The notes beneath the pieces were generated by a model, which was not told the DNA's origin, did no database searches, and worked only from the letters and a program-made list of their open reading frames with translations. Below are positions 29,749-40,059 of a stretch of DNA of 64,000 nucleotides, one piece after another. The position numbers and the translations under genes were made by a program. The stretch covers positions 1 through 64,000 of IMG/VR virus record IMGVR_UViG_3300032007_000023. One strand, 5' to 3'. The number at the start of each line of letters is the position of its first letter. Position 1 is the stretch's first letter. Origin of the DNA: a virus (Duplodnaviria > Caudoviricetes).

Positions 29749-31593
29749 ATGCCAGAATCAAAAGATAATCAATTCGTGGTAGGTAAGATGGAAAAGACCT
29801 TGTCATCTCTGGTAACGTCCCAAAAACAAGAAACCACTATTGATAGCGAACCTGCAACAGGTTACAAAAGAGAGAATGTATTTAATGATACTTCTTTCAA
29901 TAATAATACAATACATGAATATCCTCGACTGAATACACCCTATCAATCAAGACCAGTTCCTGGTGATGGTGGTCAAGCAATACAGCGTGCAAATAATACC
30001 ATAACCCGTGGTGGTAAAATCATAAGTGCTCAACAGATAACTCCAAAGGCTCATACTCTGAGACCTTTGGATGTTATCCCAGCTGAAGGACAACCTTTGA
30101 AGGATGCGGATTTCTTTGTACCAAAAGAAGCACACTTCATCAGAGATGTCTCTCAGGGATTATCCGGAGAGAACAATACAACTTATGTGAATGAAGATGA
30201 AGCTGTTGAACGAAGAGGATATATAAACAACACGAAAGATCCAAAACAGGTTGCTGTATTCTCTGGATCTACAACAAACATCAATCCACATAATGATCCT
30301 CTTACAAAAGAATTATCAATGAATGGTGGATTATCACATTACTTGGAAGAGAAAGGTAGAGAAAAAGAACTTGGTAGTTTCATCAGACCACCAATATCTC
30401 CAATACATCCTTTCACTCGTCTCAATAGTAAAGATAATCCTCATACTGCAGATGAGGCTATTCTTAAAACATACAACAGAACCAAATTACCTGTTGCTGA
30501 TATAGAATGGCGTAAAGGATTTCGTCATATATTCATCACAAGACCAGAATGCTATCTCATGTATAATGATGGTGGTACAATGGGATTATGTGATCAAGCA
30601 TTTTATGATGAAGACTTTGCATCTGCTGTAACAAGAATGCCTCATATAATAAGACTCTTGTCTCCCTGGTATGTATCTGGTTCTTTTACTGATGATATTC
30701 TTGATTCTAACTGGAATTTTTTATTGTCCAACAGAGTACAGGGTATGAGTACAACACAGATGTCATTATCTATAAATGAAAGCATTAGTAAGAGCTTAGA
30801 AGGATTTACAGTAACTCCTGCAATGCATCTTGAAGGTCGTCAAGGTTCAACACTGGATTTAACTTTCAGAGATACAAAGACCCTTGAAGTATTTGAAACC
30901 GCAAGATTATGGATGTTATATATGTATAAACGTAAGAAGGGTATATTTATTCCACCTTATAATGGATATCAGAAAACCAATGCGTTTATGACAAACATAC
31001 CTGAATCAGGAAGTCCCTTAACAGGCGTTCAGTATACAAGATATCATCCATATGATAGAGCTCTTGAATATTGTGCTTCATTGTATGATATCGTGACAAA
31101 TGAATCAGGTACAAAGATACTGTATTGGTGTAAATATTATGGTATCTATCCTATTTCAGTTAATCCAAATTTGACCAATGACAACAATGGACCTATAACT
31201 GAAATGACAACCAATATAACTTTCAAGTATCATTATAAATTAGAGAATACCAACAAAGTTCTTGTTGAATTTAATCATGATGCTGGAATCACAGATGATG
31301 TTGGTTCAGTAAAGGTTGACAAGATAACAAATTCATTGCCATTTTTATTACGAGACGAATACGACGATCCTGTAATGCCTAAATATATTGGAGCATCAAG
31401 TATGTTTACTGGATCTCCTTATATAGTAATGGCAATGTCTCAACCTGATCCATTGAATAAATCAACAATGATAACTGTACCTAATTTGAGATTCGTTAAT
31501 CTTAAAGATCTCGATCTTGATGGTAGAATCAATTTGGGTATTACGCATGTTGATATAGATCAACCGACAAAGAATGTCATTGGATATAAATAA
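29749..31593 (+). CDS. tail-tube-like / baseplate structural protein
   Basis: FITRP, LLSNR, LTFRDT..VF...W, YWCKYYGIYP pattern resembling tube-fold jumbo-phage virion proteins. Confidence 0.5.
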   Translation: MPESKDNQFVVGKMEKTLSSLVTSQKQETTIDSEPATGYKRENVFNDTSFNNNTIHEYPRLNTPYQSRPVPGDGGQAIQRANNTITRGGKIISAQQITPKAHTLRPLDVIPAEGQPLKDADFFVPKEAHFIRDVSQGLSGENNTTYVNEDEAVERRGYINNTKDPKQVAVFSGSTTNINPHNDPLTKELSMNGGLSHYLEEKGREKELGSFIRPPISPIHPFTRLNSKDNPHTADEAILKTYNRTKLPVADIEWRKGFRHIFITRPECYLMYNDGGTMGLCDQAFYDEDFASAVTRMPHIIRLLSPWYVSGSFTDDILDSNWNFLLSNRVQGMSTTQMSLSINESISKSLEGFTVTPAMHLEGRQGSTLDLTFRDTKTLEVFETARLWMLYMYKRKKGIFIPPYNGYQKTNAFMTNIPESGSPLTGVQYTRYHPYDRALEYCASLYDIVTNESGTKILYWCKYYGIYPISVNPNLTNDNNGPITEMTTNITFKYHYKLENTNKVLVEFNHDAGITDDVGSVKVDKITNSLPFLLRDEYDDPVMPKYIGASSMFTGSPYIVMAMSQPDPLNKSTMITVPNLRFVNLKDLDLDGRINLGITHVDIDQPTKNVIGYK

Positions 31594-31614
31594 TACAGAA
31601 AGGAGTTGATATGA

Positions 31615-34002
31615 ATGCCTATGAATAATGCCGTAGAAAAGGACATCACCGAAAATTTATATAAGGATGTCACTGGTACTGAATTAACCGTCACTAAAGA
31701 CGCAATCAGAAATACCATTTCTGATATCCTTCATGAATATAATCTTAGTACAGATCTTAGTTTTATTGAGAAGATGGCAATGCTTAAAATGCCAGATACA
31801 AAGAATGGTGATAAACTTGATTTGTCTGAATTGCCTTCAGAACTGAGAGATGCTGCTTTTCTGCCTGTTAATACAATAGCAGATATAGCATTACGTCAAG
31901 ACCTCGATCTGGTTATATCACAGATTCCTGAATGGTTTACTGCATTACAGATAACTCGTGATGCTATATGTGAATCTGATGTTGTTGACGGTAATATGGC
32001 TCGTGATATAAAGTTCAAGAGAACAAACTTATCCGAATCAGAACAAGAGACAATCGTATCAAAAATAGAAGAGGTTGAGGATAGATTGGAGTTGCATTCT
32101 ATAATCAAAAACCATATCGTGTTCAACACTCTTGAATATGGTGAAGGTTATATTTATGCAATCCCATATGCCAAAGTATTCCAGGATCTGTATAAGTACA
32201 GATTATCAGCAGGAGATAAACAGAATTCTTTAACCGGAATGGATATGTCAGATACATCATCTGTTCTTAATGGTTTTGGATATGGTGAATCAGCCGTTGA
32301 AATATCTTTGAATGATACTATTGTAAATGATGCTGTTGACAGTCGTAATCGTAAGAAAGGAAAGTCCGGTGTATTTACAGAAGCTGAGATTATTGAGATA
32401 GATCCTCAATATCGTACAAAGATATTCAATGAAGATGGCTCTGAAAACAAAAAAGCTTCTGCTGAGCAAGATGCATTGGTTGATGATGTTCTCGAATATG
32501 TTTGTCATAATATCAGATATATCGAAAAGGACATTGCACTTCCAGTAATCGAAGAATCAGCATGTGATCTTCGTGCTGTGTATAATACAAAATATCATGA
32601 TCATGATGGTTTTGTTCAAGAAGTTGATAACTTATTCAACAGAGTTATGAATGATTCTATCTATCAAGAAGATGGTGAGAATCCGGAGGAAAGTATCTCA
32701 CATAACTTTGAAGACATTAAGGGAATCTATCTTAAGATATTACCTGCTACAAAACTTATTCCTATTCGTGTTGATAGAAACATTATAGGATATTACTACA
32801 TATCAGATCTTACCCGTCCTGAGGAAACAGGTCAACGTCGTAACAGTGGTCTTACTGGTTATACACTTAGATCACCCTCAGTTGGATATGATACATTCTC
32901 ACCAGACAGAATGTTCTGTGAGAAACTTGCATCAAAGATTATCAATAACTTCAACATGAAGTTTATGAAGGATAATCTCGCACTGCATGCTCAGATAGTT
33001 TCTATCCTTCAGGCTCATAAATTTAATGACGCTATGATGCGTTTTATTTTTATTCCTGCAGAACATGTCATCCAATGTTCTATCAATAAAGATGGTATAG
33101 GTAAAGGACATTCTATGCTTGAACCAGGATTGGTAACTGCAAGAATGTATATGTTCCTCAAATTATATTCTATTTTATATCAGATCAATAATTCACAGGT
33201 TCGTGTATATAACCTTAGAATGTCTGGTCTTGATACAGACTATCAGAAAATGGTTAATGACACCATTCGTAAGTTTGCTGCACGTAGAGTTACTGTAAAT
33301 GATATCTTCAATTACAGATCATCTATGACAAAAGTCAGTGGTGGCTCTGAATTGATTATGCCGATGGGTGCTGGCGATATAGCTCCTATTACATTTGATA
33401 CAATACCTGCGGCCGAAGCTCCAATAAACAATGATTTACTGGAGCAACTCAAGAATGAATCTATCAATTCAACTCCTGTTCCTTCATTGATGGTTCAAGG
33501 AGGAAATGAATCTCAGATAGAGTTTGCCAAGGAAACTGAATTGGCTAACACTCGTTTCAATACAATGATATCTTCATTCAAGATGGACTTCAATCATGAT
33601 ATAACCAAGCTTTATCGTAAGATACTCAGATGGGAAACAGATATTGATCCTGAAATAATAAGAGATCTTAAGTATGTATTAAGAATGCCAACTGCTAAAA
33701 CATTGAATGTTACAGTTGATATGATTAATAACTATAATTCTCTTCTTGAGGTTCTTATGGATACATTCCTTAAGGATGATGAAAAAGAACAAGATGACAA
33801 ACCAACAGAAACAGCTCGTCAGTTCAAGAAGCTTGTACTTCATGAATATATTCCACAAATCGATATTGATCACTTTGAACAGCTTGCTGCTGATGCTCGT
33901 ACTAAAGCAAATGAAATCAGAATGGAGCAGACTGGTAGAGGCGAAAATATTATTGATTCTGGTCTTGAGGAAGGTATGGAAGAAGAAGGAGGCGAATTTT
34001 AA
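31615..34002 (+). CDS. portal protein
   Basis: TLEYGEGYIY, IPAEHV, GKGHSMLEP, RVYNL portal-like segments; 795 aa. Confidence 0.65.
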   Translation: MPMNNAVEKDITENLYKDVTGTELTVTKDAIRNTISDILHEYNLSTDLSFIEKMAMLKMPDTKNGDKLDLSELPSELRDAAFLPVNTIADIALRQDLDLVISQIPEWFTALQITRDAICESDVVDGNMARDIKFKRTNLSESEQETIVSKIEEVEDRLELHSIIKNHIVFNTLEYGEGYIYAIPYAKVFQDLYKYRLSAGDKQNSLTGMDMSDTSSVLNGFGYGESAVEISLNDTIVNDAVDSRNRKKGKSGVFTEAEIIEIDPQYRTKIFNEDGSENKKASAEQDALVDDVLEYVCHNIRYIEKDIALPVIEESACDLRAVYNTKYHDHDGFVQEVDNLFNRVMNDSIYQEDGENPEESISHNFEDIKGIYLKILPATKLIPIRVDRNIIGYYYISDLTRPEETGQRRNSGLTGYTLRSPSVGYDTFSPDRMFCEKLASKIINNFNMKFMKDNLALHAQIVSILQAHKFNDAMMRFIFIPAEHVIQCSINKDGIGKGHSMLEPGLVTARMYMFLKLYSILYQINNSQVRVYNLRMSGLDTDYQKMVNDTIRKFAARRVTVNDIFNYRSSMTKVSGGSELIMPMGAGDIAPITFDTIPAAEAPINNDLLEQLKNESINSTPVPSLMVQGGNESQIEFAKETELANTRFNTMISSFKMDFNHDITKLYRKILRWETDIDPEIIRDLKYVLRMPTAKTLNVTVDMINNYNSLLEVLMDTFLKDDEKEQDDKPTETARQFKKLVLHEYIPQIDIDHFEQLAADARTKANEIRMEQTGRGENIIDSGLEEGMEEEGGEF

Positions 34003-34145
34003 TGGCATATAATGACGACAGAGATCCATATGATGTTGAATATGATGCAAGACTCAATCCGTCTGAAAGATACGAGATGGAAAGTGATTACTCATATATG
34101 GGATCATTAGATCATTTTAGATATGGAACATCAGATGATGATTAA
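34002..34145 (+). CDS. 47-aa acidic D/Y-rich protein (not in ORF track)
   Basis: GAAGGAGG SD, ATG overlaps portal TAA; MAYNDDRDPYDVEYDARLNPSERYEMESDYSYMGSLDHFRYGTSDDD. Confidence 0.65.
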   Translation: MAYNDDRDPYDVEYDARLNPSERYEMESDYSYMGSLDHFRYGTSDDD

Positions 34146-34156
34146 GGAGTGATATA

Positions 34157-35608
34157 ATGAAACTTGAAAAAACTACAACGGGTCTCATTATACATAATCC
34201 AGATGATATAACCAAGAGAAAGATACTTCAATATTTTTCTCTTGTTAATCCAGTAAGAGAATTTTTTATCTATTCTGGTAATGATACATCCAAACGACCT
34301 ATATTCGGAAGAGAACATGATGTCGTTTACATATCATCTGGATTTCTTAATCTGAATGATCAATATATTCAAAGACTGCCTCGTCCATCAGTTATACAAC
34401 CAATAACTCCTAAGAGAATAACTCTCACTATGAACAGACAACCTCGTTCAAAGTTACAGGAAGACTGTATAAATATGATGATCGATCCATCTCGTAAAAC
34501 GAATAAAATCACTATTGAACTAAAACCCGGCGTAGGCAAAACGTTCATTGCAACATATGCGATCTCAAAATTGCAATTGAAACCATTAATTGTTGCACCA
34601 ACAACTCTTTTGAAGAATCAGTGGTGTGATGAATTCAGAGATGTTGGTATTCCAAGATCTAATATAGCTACCGACATATACGATGCTCCAAATAAGGATG
34701 TATGTGTTGTTACTATATCTTCTATTGAGAATGCTTTACGTGATGACTGGGAAGGATTGATGGATGTTGTTCGTAGAGCAGCATTTGGTATCAAGGTAGT
34801 TGACGAAGCACATCTTCATCTAAAGGGAAATCTTAAGTTTGATGCAATATGTAATATACCAAACAACTGGTATCTTTCAGCAACTCTTGGTCGTTCTGAT
34901 TATCAAGAAGACAATATTCTCAATAGGGCATTGTCCGATGCATCAAGATTCATAGGCAATCCTAAATATGAAGAATATCAAAAGCAATATGTAAATGTCT
35001 TCTTCCAGGATATATACTATTATCCATCGACTAAGTTATGCATGGAACATTTCCGTTATGGTAGTAAGGGTCTCATTAAAGCTACCTACTACCGAATGTT
35101 AATGGAATACAAACAAGGTATACCATTCTTAAACAATCTCATTTATATGATGAAAGTTGCAAAGAAGACTACGACATATGATGGAAAGATACTTCTTCTT
35201 GTACCATTGATATCCATAATAGAAAGAGTTATGGAAATGATGAAACGAGATCCTTTCTTCTCACAATATTCTTTTGCTGGTGTTGATGGTAGTATGCCAT
35301 TGGCTGTACGTAAACAAGCAATGGAATCAGATTTCATATTATCAACATCATTGTCAATGGGTACTGGTGTAGATGTTAAGAATCTTGCAGCTGTTATAAA
35401 CTTTGATCAATATTCATCTCCTATAATAGGTGAACAGATATTCGGACGTTTACGTGATAGAGGTAAAGAGACCTGGTATTTTGATATAACCGATCACGTA
35501 CGTCAAGCAAGAATGTTTGAATCATGGGGACGTAAAAGACATTCACTTATTCCATATTATCCGGGAGCTCATGATAATATCAAACAGCTTCCAAATATAA
35601 AGTGCTAA
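34157..35608 (+). CDS. SF2 DExH helicase (UvsW-like)
   Basis: KPGVGKT, VVDEAH, LSAT, GTGVD, QIFGRLR. Confidence 0.9.
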   Translation: MKLEKTTTGLIIHNPDDITKRKILQYFSLVNPVREFFIYSGNDTSKRPIFGREHDVVYISSGFLNLNDQYIQRLPRPSVIQPITPKRITLTMNRQPRSKLQEDCINMMIDPSRKTNKITIELKPGVGKTFIATYAISKLQLKPLIVAPTTLLKNQWCDEFRDVGIPRSNIATDIYDAPNKDVCVVTISSIENALRDDWEGLMDVVRRAAFGIKVVDEAHLHLKGNLKFDAICNIPNNWYLSATLGRSDYQEDNILNRALSDASRFIGNPKYEEYQKQYVNVFFQDIYYYPSTKLCMEHFRYGSKGLIKATYYRMLMEYKQGIPFLNNLIYMMKVAKKTTTYDGKILLLVPLISIIERVMEMMKRDPFFSQYSFAGVDGSMPLAVRKQAMESDFILSTSLSMGTGVDVKNLAAVINFDQYSSPIIGEQIFGRLRDRGKETWYFDITDHVRQARMFESWGRKRHSLIPYYPGAHDNIKQLPNIKC

Positions 35609-35645
35609 TTCTTTCTTTCTATTTTAAATTCCTCCTTATAACTGC

Positions 35646-35667
35646 GAGTGGGCCAAACGGCCCACTC
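35646..35667. terminator. hairpin, terminator-like
   Basis: GAGTGGGCC-AAAC-GGCCCACTC. Confidence 0.65.
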
Positions 35668-35783
35668 AATGTTATATCTATTATTTTGATGCTTCATATA
35701 AATATTATTAATATGAATAAAGAATAGAAACGAAATCTTTATCAACGTTTCACATCACATCTTTATTCGGAAAGGAACAAATT

Positions 35784-36872
35784 ATGCGACAGTTTATTGA
35801 GTTCGCTGAGTCTGTTAAGGCTCTGGCAGCAACAACCACAAACCTCACACCCGAACAGGTCAATGCACTCTCTGTGCTCGACCCCGAGTTCAAAGAGAAC
35901 GCGGAGAAACTGTATAATGTTTTCTCGGTTCTGTTCACAACACCTATTGTCGAGGAAACAGAAACAGCTGAAATATTTGCTGAGACAGAATCAGGCCCTG
36001 AACCAACCAAGAAGACAGCTAAGAAGAAGACATCCAAAAAGAAGAGAACTCCCAAGCAGAAAGAATATGAGATCCCCGAGGGATTCTATAGACATCCTGT
36101 CTATGAAGAAATCTCGGCCAATAAAGAGGGGACTGTATTGGCATCTGGAAAACCGGTTTCCCTATGTTATTCAACCGGATACCCACAATTTAACAGTCGA
36201 GGAAAAAGACTCATGGTCTCTAGGATGGTATATGAATGCTGCACAGGGGCTGTAATTCCTAAGGGACTGTTTGTCAATTACAAGAATAACGTCAAATCTG
36301 ATGTTAGATTTGAAAATTTGACGATTTCGAAGAAACACGTAAATGGTGCTAGACTCGAAGAATATACCGTTGTTGAGGTTTCTGAGAAAATAGTTGAATA
36401 CACCCAGGCTGGACTTCCCATGTATAAAATACCTGGCAAGATCGCGAGCGAAGTCAACGTATCAGTACACGGAGTTCAATCGATCTTATCCGGAAACTAT
36501 TCCGCAATATCCGGAAAATACTTTTATGTAGGACCGGAAAAGAAAATAGTTGTAGTAAAACAGCAGCCGGAAACAAACCAGAAGCCTATCGTAGATCCTT
36601 GTCAGGCTGTACTGGAAAAGGGTCTTAAAGAAGGAATCGAAGCATTCGATACAAAATTCCTCTCGGGAGAGAAGATAACAAACGGAGACCTCATTGTACC
36701 GATCGTAAGATTTATGTATAACGACGACGGTTCTATGACTTCCTCTGCCACTATAAAGGATAAAATCCGTTCCGAATACGGTTCGGATATAATGCCGTCA
36801 GATAAATTGATCAATGATGTTAAAGAGAAACGTCTCGGCAAGGCAGTTATAGAAGCTGCTCTTAAGAAGTAA
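35784..36872 (+). CDS. degenerate HNH-derived DNA-binding protein
   Basis: GYPQ..RLMVSRMVY..VNYKNNVKSDVRFENL (catalytic His replaced by Tyr); ISGKYF resembles ISDKYF in the 19411 HNH. Confidence 0.6.
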   Translation: MRQFIEFAESVKALAATTTNLTPEQVNALSVLDPEFKENAEKLYNVFSVLFTTPIVEETETAEIFAETESGPEPTKKTAKKKTSKKKRTPKQKEYEIPEGFYRHPVYEEISANKEGTVLASGKPVSLCYSTGYPQFNSRGKRLMVSRMVYECCTGAVIPKGLFVNYKNNVKSDVRFENLTISKKHVNGARLEEYTVVEVSEKIVEYTQAGLPMYKIPGKIASEVNVSVHGVQSILSGNYSAISGKYFYVGPEKKIVVVKQQPETNQKPIVDPCQAVLEKGLKEGIEAFDTKFLSGEKITNGDLIVPIVRFMYNDDGSMTSSATIKDKIRSEYGSDIMPSDKLINDVKEKRLGKAVIEAALKK

Positions 36873-36884
36873 TCATCTATATAC

Positions 36885-36913
36885 ACGGCCCCGTAATGGG
36901 GCCGTAATTTTTT
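36885..36913 (+). terminator. intrinsic terminator
   Basis: ACGGCCCC-GTAAT-GGGGCCGT plus T-tract; near-identical copy at 37736-37756. Confidence 0.75.
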
Positions 36914-36932
36914 GATAAGAGGTGTTTATTAT

Positions 36933-37730
36933 ATGGAAGATATAATTAGAATAAAGCAAAGAGCTTTTGAAGAAATGATACTCTATAAATATATTCTGGA
37001 AGATACACAGGATACTATGAACGTGTTAGGTATTACTAAGATGGAATCACCTAAAGAGTATCCATGGAATCTTTTAGGAGAAATAGTATATTTACCCGAT
37101 ATGATAAAGGAATATGGATCGTATTCTTTATTATCAAATAAAAAACTCATAGAGGTTTTCCTTGATAAATGGATCAGTATGCTTTTTGGAGAACTTCCTT
37201 GTGACTTCGATCCATCAAACTATATCTACAAACATAATAGAGACATATATATTTTGCTACAGAGATATCATAACAATGAAAAACTTACTGTTATTGGTAA
37301 CCAGGTGAATTTATCAAAAGAGAGAACTCGACAGATAATTTCAAAGCTTCTTCGTGAAATGCGTCGGGTTAGAGCATTTAACCAACATGGTATGATAATA
37401 TCATCAAGGACAATTATTAAAAGAATACTACCATTATTCTTTCAACAACGTATTGATCAATTAAATTTTCTTGCAAATCCAATTCCTCAAGAATATATGC
37501 CATATCATAAATACAATGGTAACTTTTGCTTTTTCTGTATATGCTTATTAGATAAAAAATTCAGAGACTTCTACTTTGGAGATATACCTGATTATGATAT
37601 CCACAGGATTACTGCACAGGAGTCGCATGTTCCGGGAGATGATCCACGAGATGAGTATGGCTTTTATGAAGAAACGGCTGTAGTCGACATTGAACATAAC
37701 GCAATAAGAATATCAATAAATCATGATTAA
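36933..37730 (+). CDS. protein with a sigma70 region-4-like HTH
   Basis: LQRYHNNEKLTVIGNQVNLSKERTRQIISKLLREMR; ATG 36933 after GAGGTG. Confidence 0.6.
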   Translation: MEDIIRIKQRAFEEMILYKYILEDTQDTMNVLGITKMESPKEYPWNLLGEIVYLPDMIKEYGSYSLLSNKKLIEVFLDKWISMLFGELPCDFDPSNYIYKHNRDIYILLQRYHNNEKLTVIGNQVNLSKERTRQIISKLLREMRRVRAFNQHGMIISSRTIIKRILPLFFQQRIDQLNFLANPIPQEYMPYHKYNGNFCFFCICLLDKKFRDFYFGDIPDYDIHRITAQESHVPGDDPRDEYGFYEETAVVDIEHNAIRISINHD

Positions 37731-37735
37731 TTGTA

Positions 37736-37765
37736 ACGGCCCCTTGATGGGGCCGTATTTTTTTT
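37736..37765. terminator. terminator between convergent genes
   Basis: ACGGCCCC-TTGAT-GGGGCCGT plus T-tract. Confidence 0.75.
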
Positions 37766-39980
37766 AATATAAACCGAAGAATCCTCCACCACCGATACCA
37801 TTATTACCATACGTATCAAAACCATTGGCAACATTATTTACTTCTCGGAAGAAGGATAAATTAGCAGCGGTAGCATGTGCTACAGGAGCTTGTTGTAATT
37901 GACCATACTGTTGATACTGATTGTGTTTGTAACCATAATCATCATATCCACCGGGATTAGAATATTCATCTCTCAATTGAGATGTTATATCCGATAACAG
38001 TTGTGCTTCATAAGAGTCAGTTAATAATCCAGCAGTATTATCAACACGATCTTCTATTACAGATTGAACATAATCATGCATTATCTCAGGAGCTTTTGAG
38101 TAGCTGCATAGATTTTTGTCAACGCCAAATCTGCCAAGATCAAAACCATACTTGAGAATATACAATGTATGCAAATAAGCCATAACCATATCATCGTGTT
38201 CACCAGAAGCAGCAGCCATCTTACCATTCTTCTGTTGTACAAGGTTACATATATCCTTTACCAAGAATTTGGTATTTATCAGATGACGATATTCATGAGT
38301 AGTTTCTCTCAGGATATTGAACATCATTCTTCTAACCTTATCACCAACAGTTGTTCCATAATAACGTTTAGCATGTGCTCTTTGTTTCATCTTTATTTCT
38401 GTTGGTGTATTTGGATTAGTAACATTCTTTGTTATTTCAGTAGCACGAGGATCATGATAGAATCTGTTTTCGAGCTGAGATTCTTGAACAAAGTCAATTA
38501 TATCAACACCTGTCATATTAGACTCAATACAGAACAATGCTTTCGGTAACATCTTAGCCAACATTGTTACGACTCTCATCAAATCTAATCCACCCATTAA
38601 TGGTGATAATAATTCACCAACAACTTCAAGTGTATATGGATTTAAAATACATATTGCAGTATTATCCCCATCCTTACCAGTTGCACAGTCTATACCAATG
38701 AAGTACGGAATGGTCATATCAAAGTAAGGTGTTGATGAGTTCAGATCAGGTACCTTTATATTATGCTTATAAACATACAGATGATATTTGTTCATTAAGA
38801 ATATATCATAGTCAGGTTCTCTAATATTATTCTGAATGAAGTCAAGATCTTCTTGTCTGAAGAATGCTCCTTCTCCACCACGGAATCTTTGTAACAACAC
38901 ACCACGACGATATTCTCCGAGTGTTCCTTTTTTAAGAGCTTCAGTATATTGCTCTCTAAGATACTGTCCATCCTTACGTAATTGAACGTGGTTGAACTCA
39001 ATGTAGAGCATAGTTACGGCAACTCTATCTTGATCCGGATCATCTGGTTTAGGAACGGACTTCATATGAGCAATTTGTTCAGGTGTATAGTCATAGAACT
39101 CTTCTTTGAACACAGGCATGTTATCCAAAATAGCTTGCCATTCTTTTCCTTCATTTGTTTCCAAATCTCCAGGAGTTGAAGCATACATCATACAAGCACG
39201 TATACCCATTTCACGAGCAGTAATTCTAGCTTGAACGATTGTAGGGTTAGCACCATCGAGAACGGCTTTCATGAAAGGTATGAACTCACACTCATCAGCA
39301 AACCATGTAAACAGAGAGTATCCACGAGTTTTATCAGGAGCATCTACTTCTGACTTGGCTGCTGAAAGAACTGCAATATTTACCTTGTGTGCGTCATACT
39401 TGAGTGATTGCAATCCTGGTGGTTTCTTATCCTTAGCCCAAGGATTCATATACTTAGGAAGTGCCATGACATAATCACGAAGAATACCAACGTTATCGGT
39501 ACAACGTGATTCCTTTGTATGCATGTATGGAATATCACAATTTCGATATTCGAATAACAAAGCATATGCCATTATACCAGTAATGACAGTTGTCTTATAT
39601 GTTTGACGAGGTTGTACTAACTCAAAATCAATACTATTCAACCAACACCAGATAGCAGCACATCCAGCTCGATGTAAATAAAGAGGTAACGTACCAGCAC
39701 CACGAACAGGAACTCGTAATACTTCTCTAAAAAAGAACCATGGATTCTGTTTACATTCACCAAGAATCTTTCCTATGTCCTCAGCGGATATATTTGGATT
39801 ATATGGATCTATATCTTGAACTTTTAAATCAGGTCTTCGTACTTCCAACATGAAATACCAATTCTTTATTCCAAGTTCTTTTAATTCTTTTGCTGTTAAC
39901 AAAAAAGATTTATTCTTCGTTCCAAAATCGTAATATCTTGGTCGTCCTCTATAGTCATCTATTCGGACAATATTAGACAT
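37764..39980 (-). CDS. terL: terminase large subunit
   Basis: QPRQTYKT Walker A, FADECEF Walker B, ASTPG, IGIDCATG and HDDMVMA nuclease motifs. Confidence 0.9.
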   Translation of the reverse strand: MSNIVRIDDYRGRPRYYDFGTKNKSFLLTAKELKELGIKNWYFMLEVRRPDLKVQDIDPYNPNISAEDIGKILGECKQNPWFFFREVLRVPVRGAGTLPLYLHRAGCAAIWCWLNSIDFELVQPRQTYKTTVITGIMAYALLFEYRNCDIPYMHTKESRCTDNVGILRDYVMALPKYMNPWAKDKKPPGLQSLKYDAHKVNIAVLSAAKSEVDAPDKTRGYSLFTWFADECEFIPFMKAVLDGANPTIVQARITAREMGIRACMMYASTPGDLETNEGKEWQAILDNMPVFKEEFYDYTPEQIAHMKSVPKPDDPDQDRVAVTMLYIEFNHVQLRKDGQYLREQYTEALKKGTLGEYRRGVLLQRFRGGEGAFFRQEDLDFIQNNIREPDYDIFLMNKYHLYVYKHNIKVPDLNSSTPYFDMTIPYFIGIDCATGKDGDNTAICILNPYTLEVVGELLSPLMGGLDLMRVVTMLAKMLPKALFCIESNMTGVDIIDFVQESQLENRFYHDPRATEITKNVTNPNTPTEIKMKQRAHAKRYYGTTVGDKVRRMMFNILRETTHEYRHLINTKFLVKDICNLVQQKNGKMAAASGEHDDMVMAYLHTLYILKYGFDLGRFGVDKNLCSYSKAPEIMHDYVQSVIEDRVDNTAGLLTDSYEAQLLSDITSQLRDEYSNPGGYDDYGYKHNQYQQYGQLQQAPVAHATAANLSFFREVNNVANGFDTYGNNGIGGGGFFGLY

Positions 39981-40059
39981 TAAAATATCTCCTTTCTAAA
40001 AAATAATAAGAGTATACCGGGGCATATAGCCCCGGAACACCCTATACAGTTTCGTTACA

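Noticed and set aside
1686-31593. Chimallin or major capsid assignment for any unknown ORF
   Set aside because: No motif I can recognise; needs a profile or structure search
35609-35640. Minus-strand AAGGAGG suggesting a hidden gene
   Set aside because: No start codon at a suitable distance, and it would run antisense into the helicase
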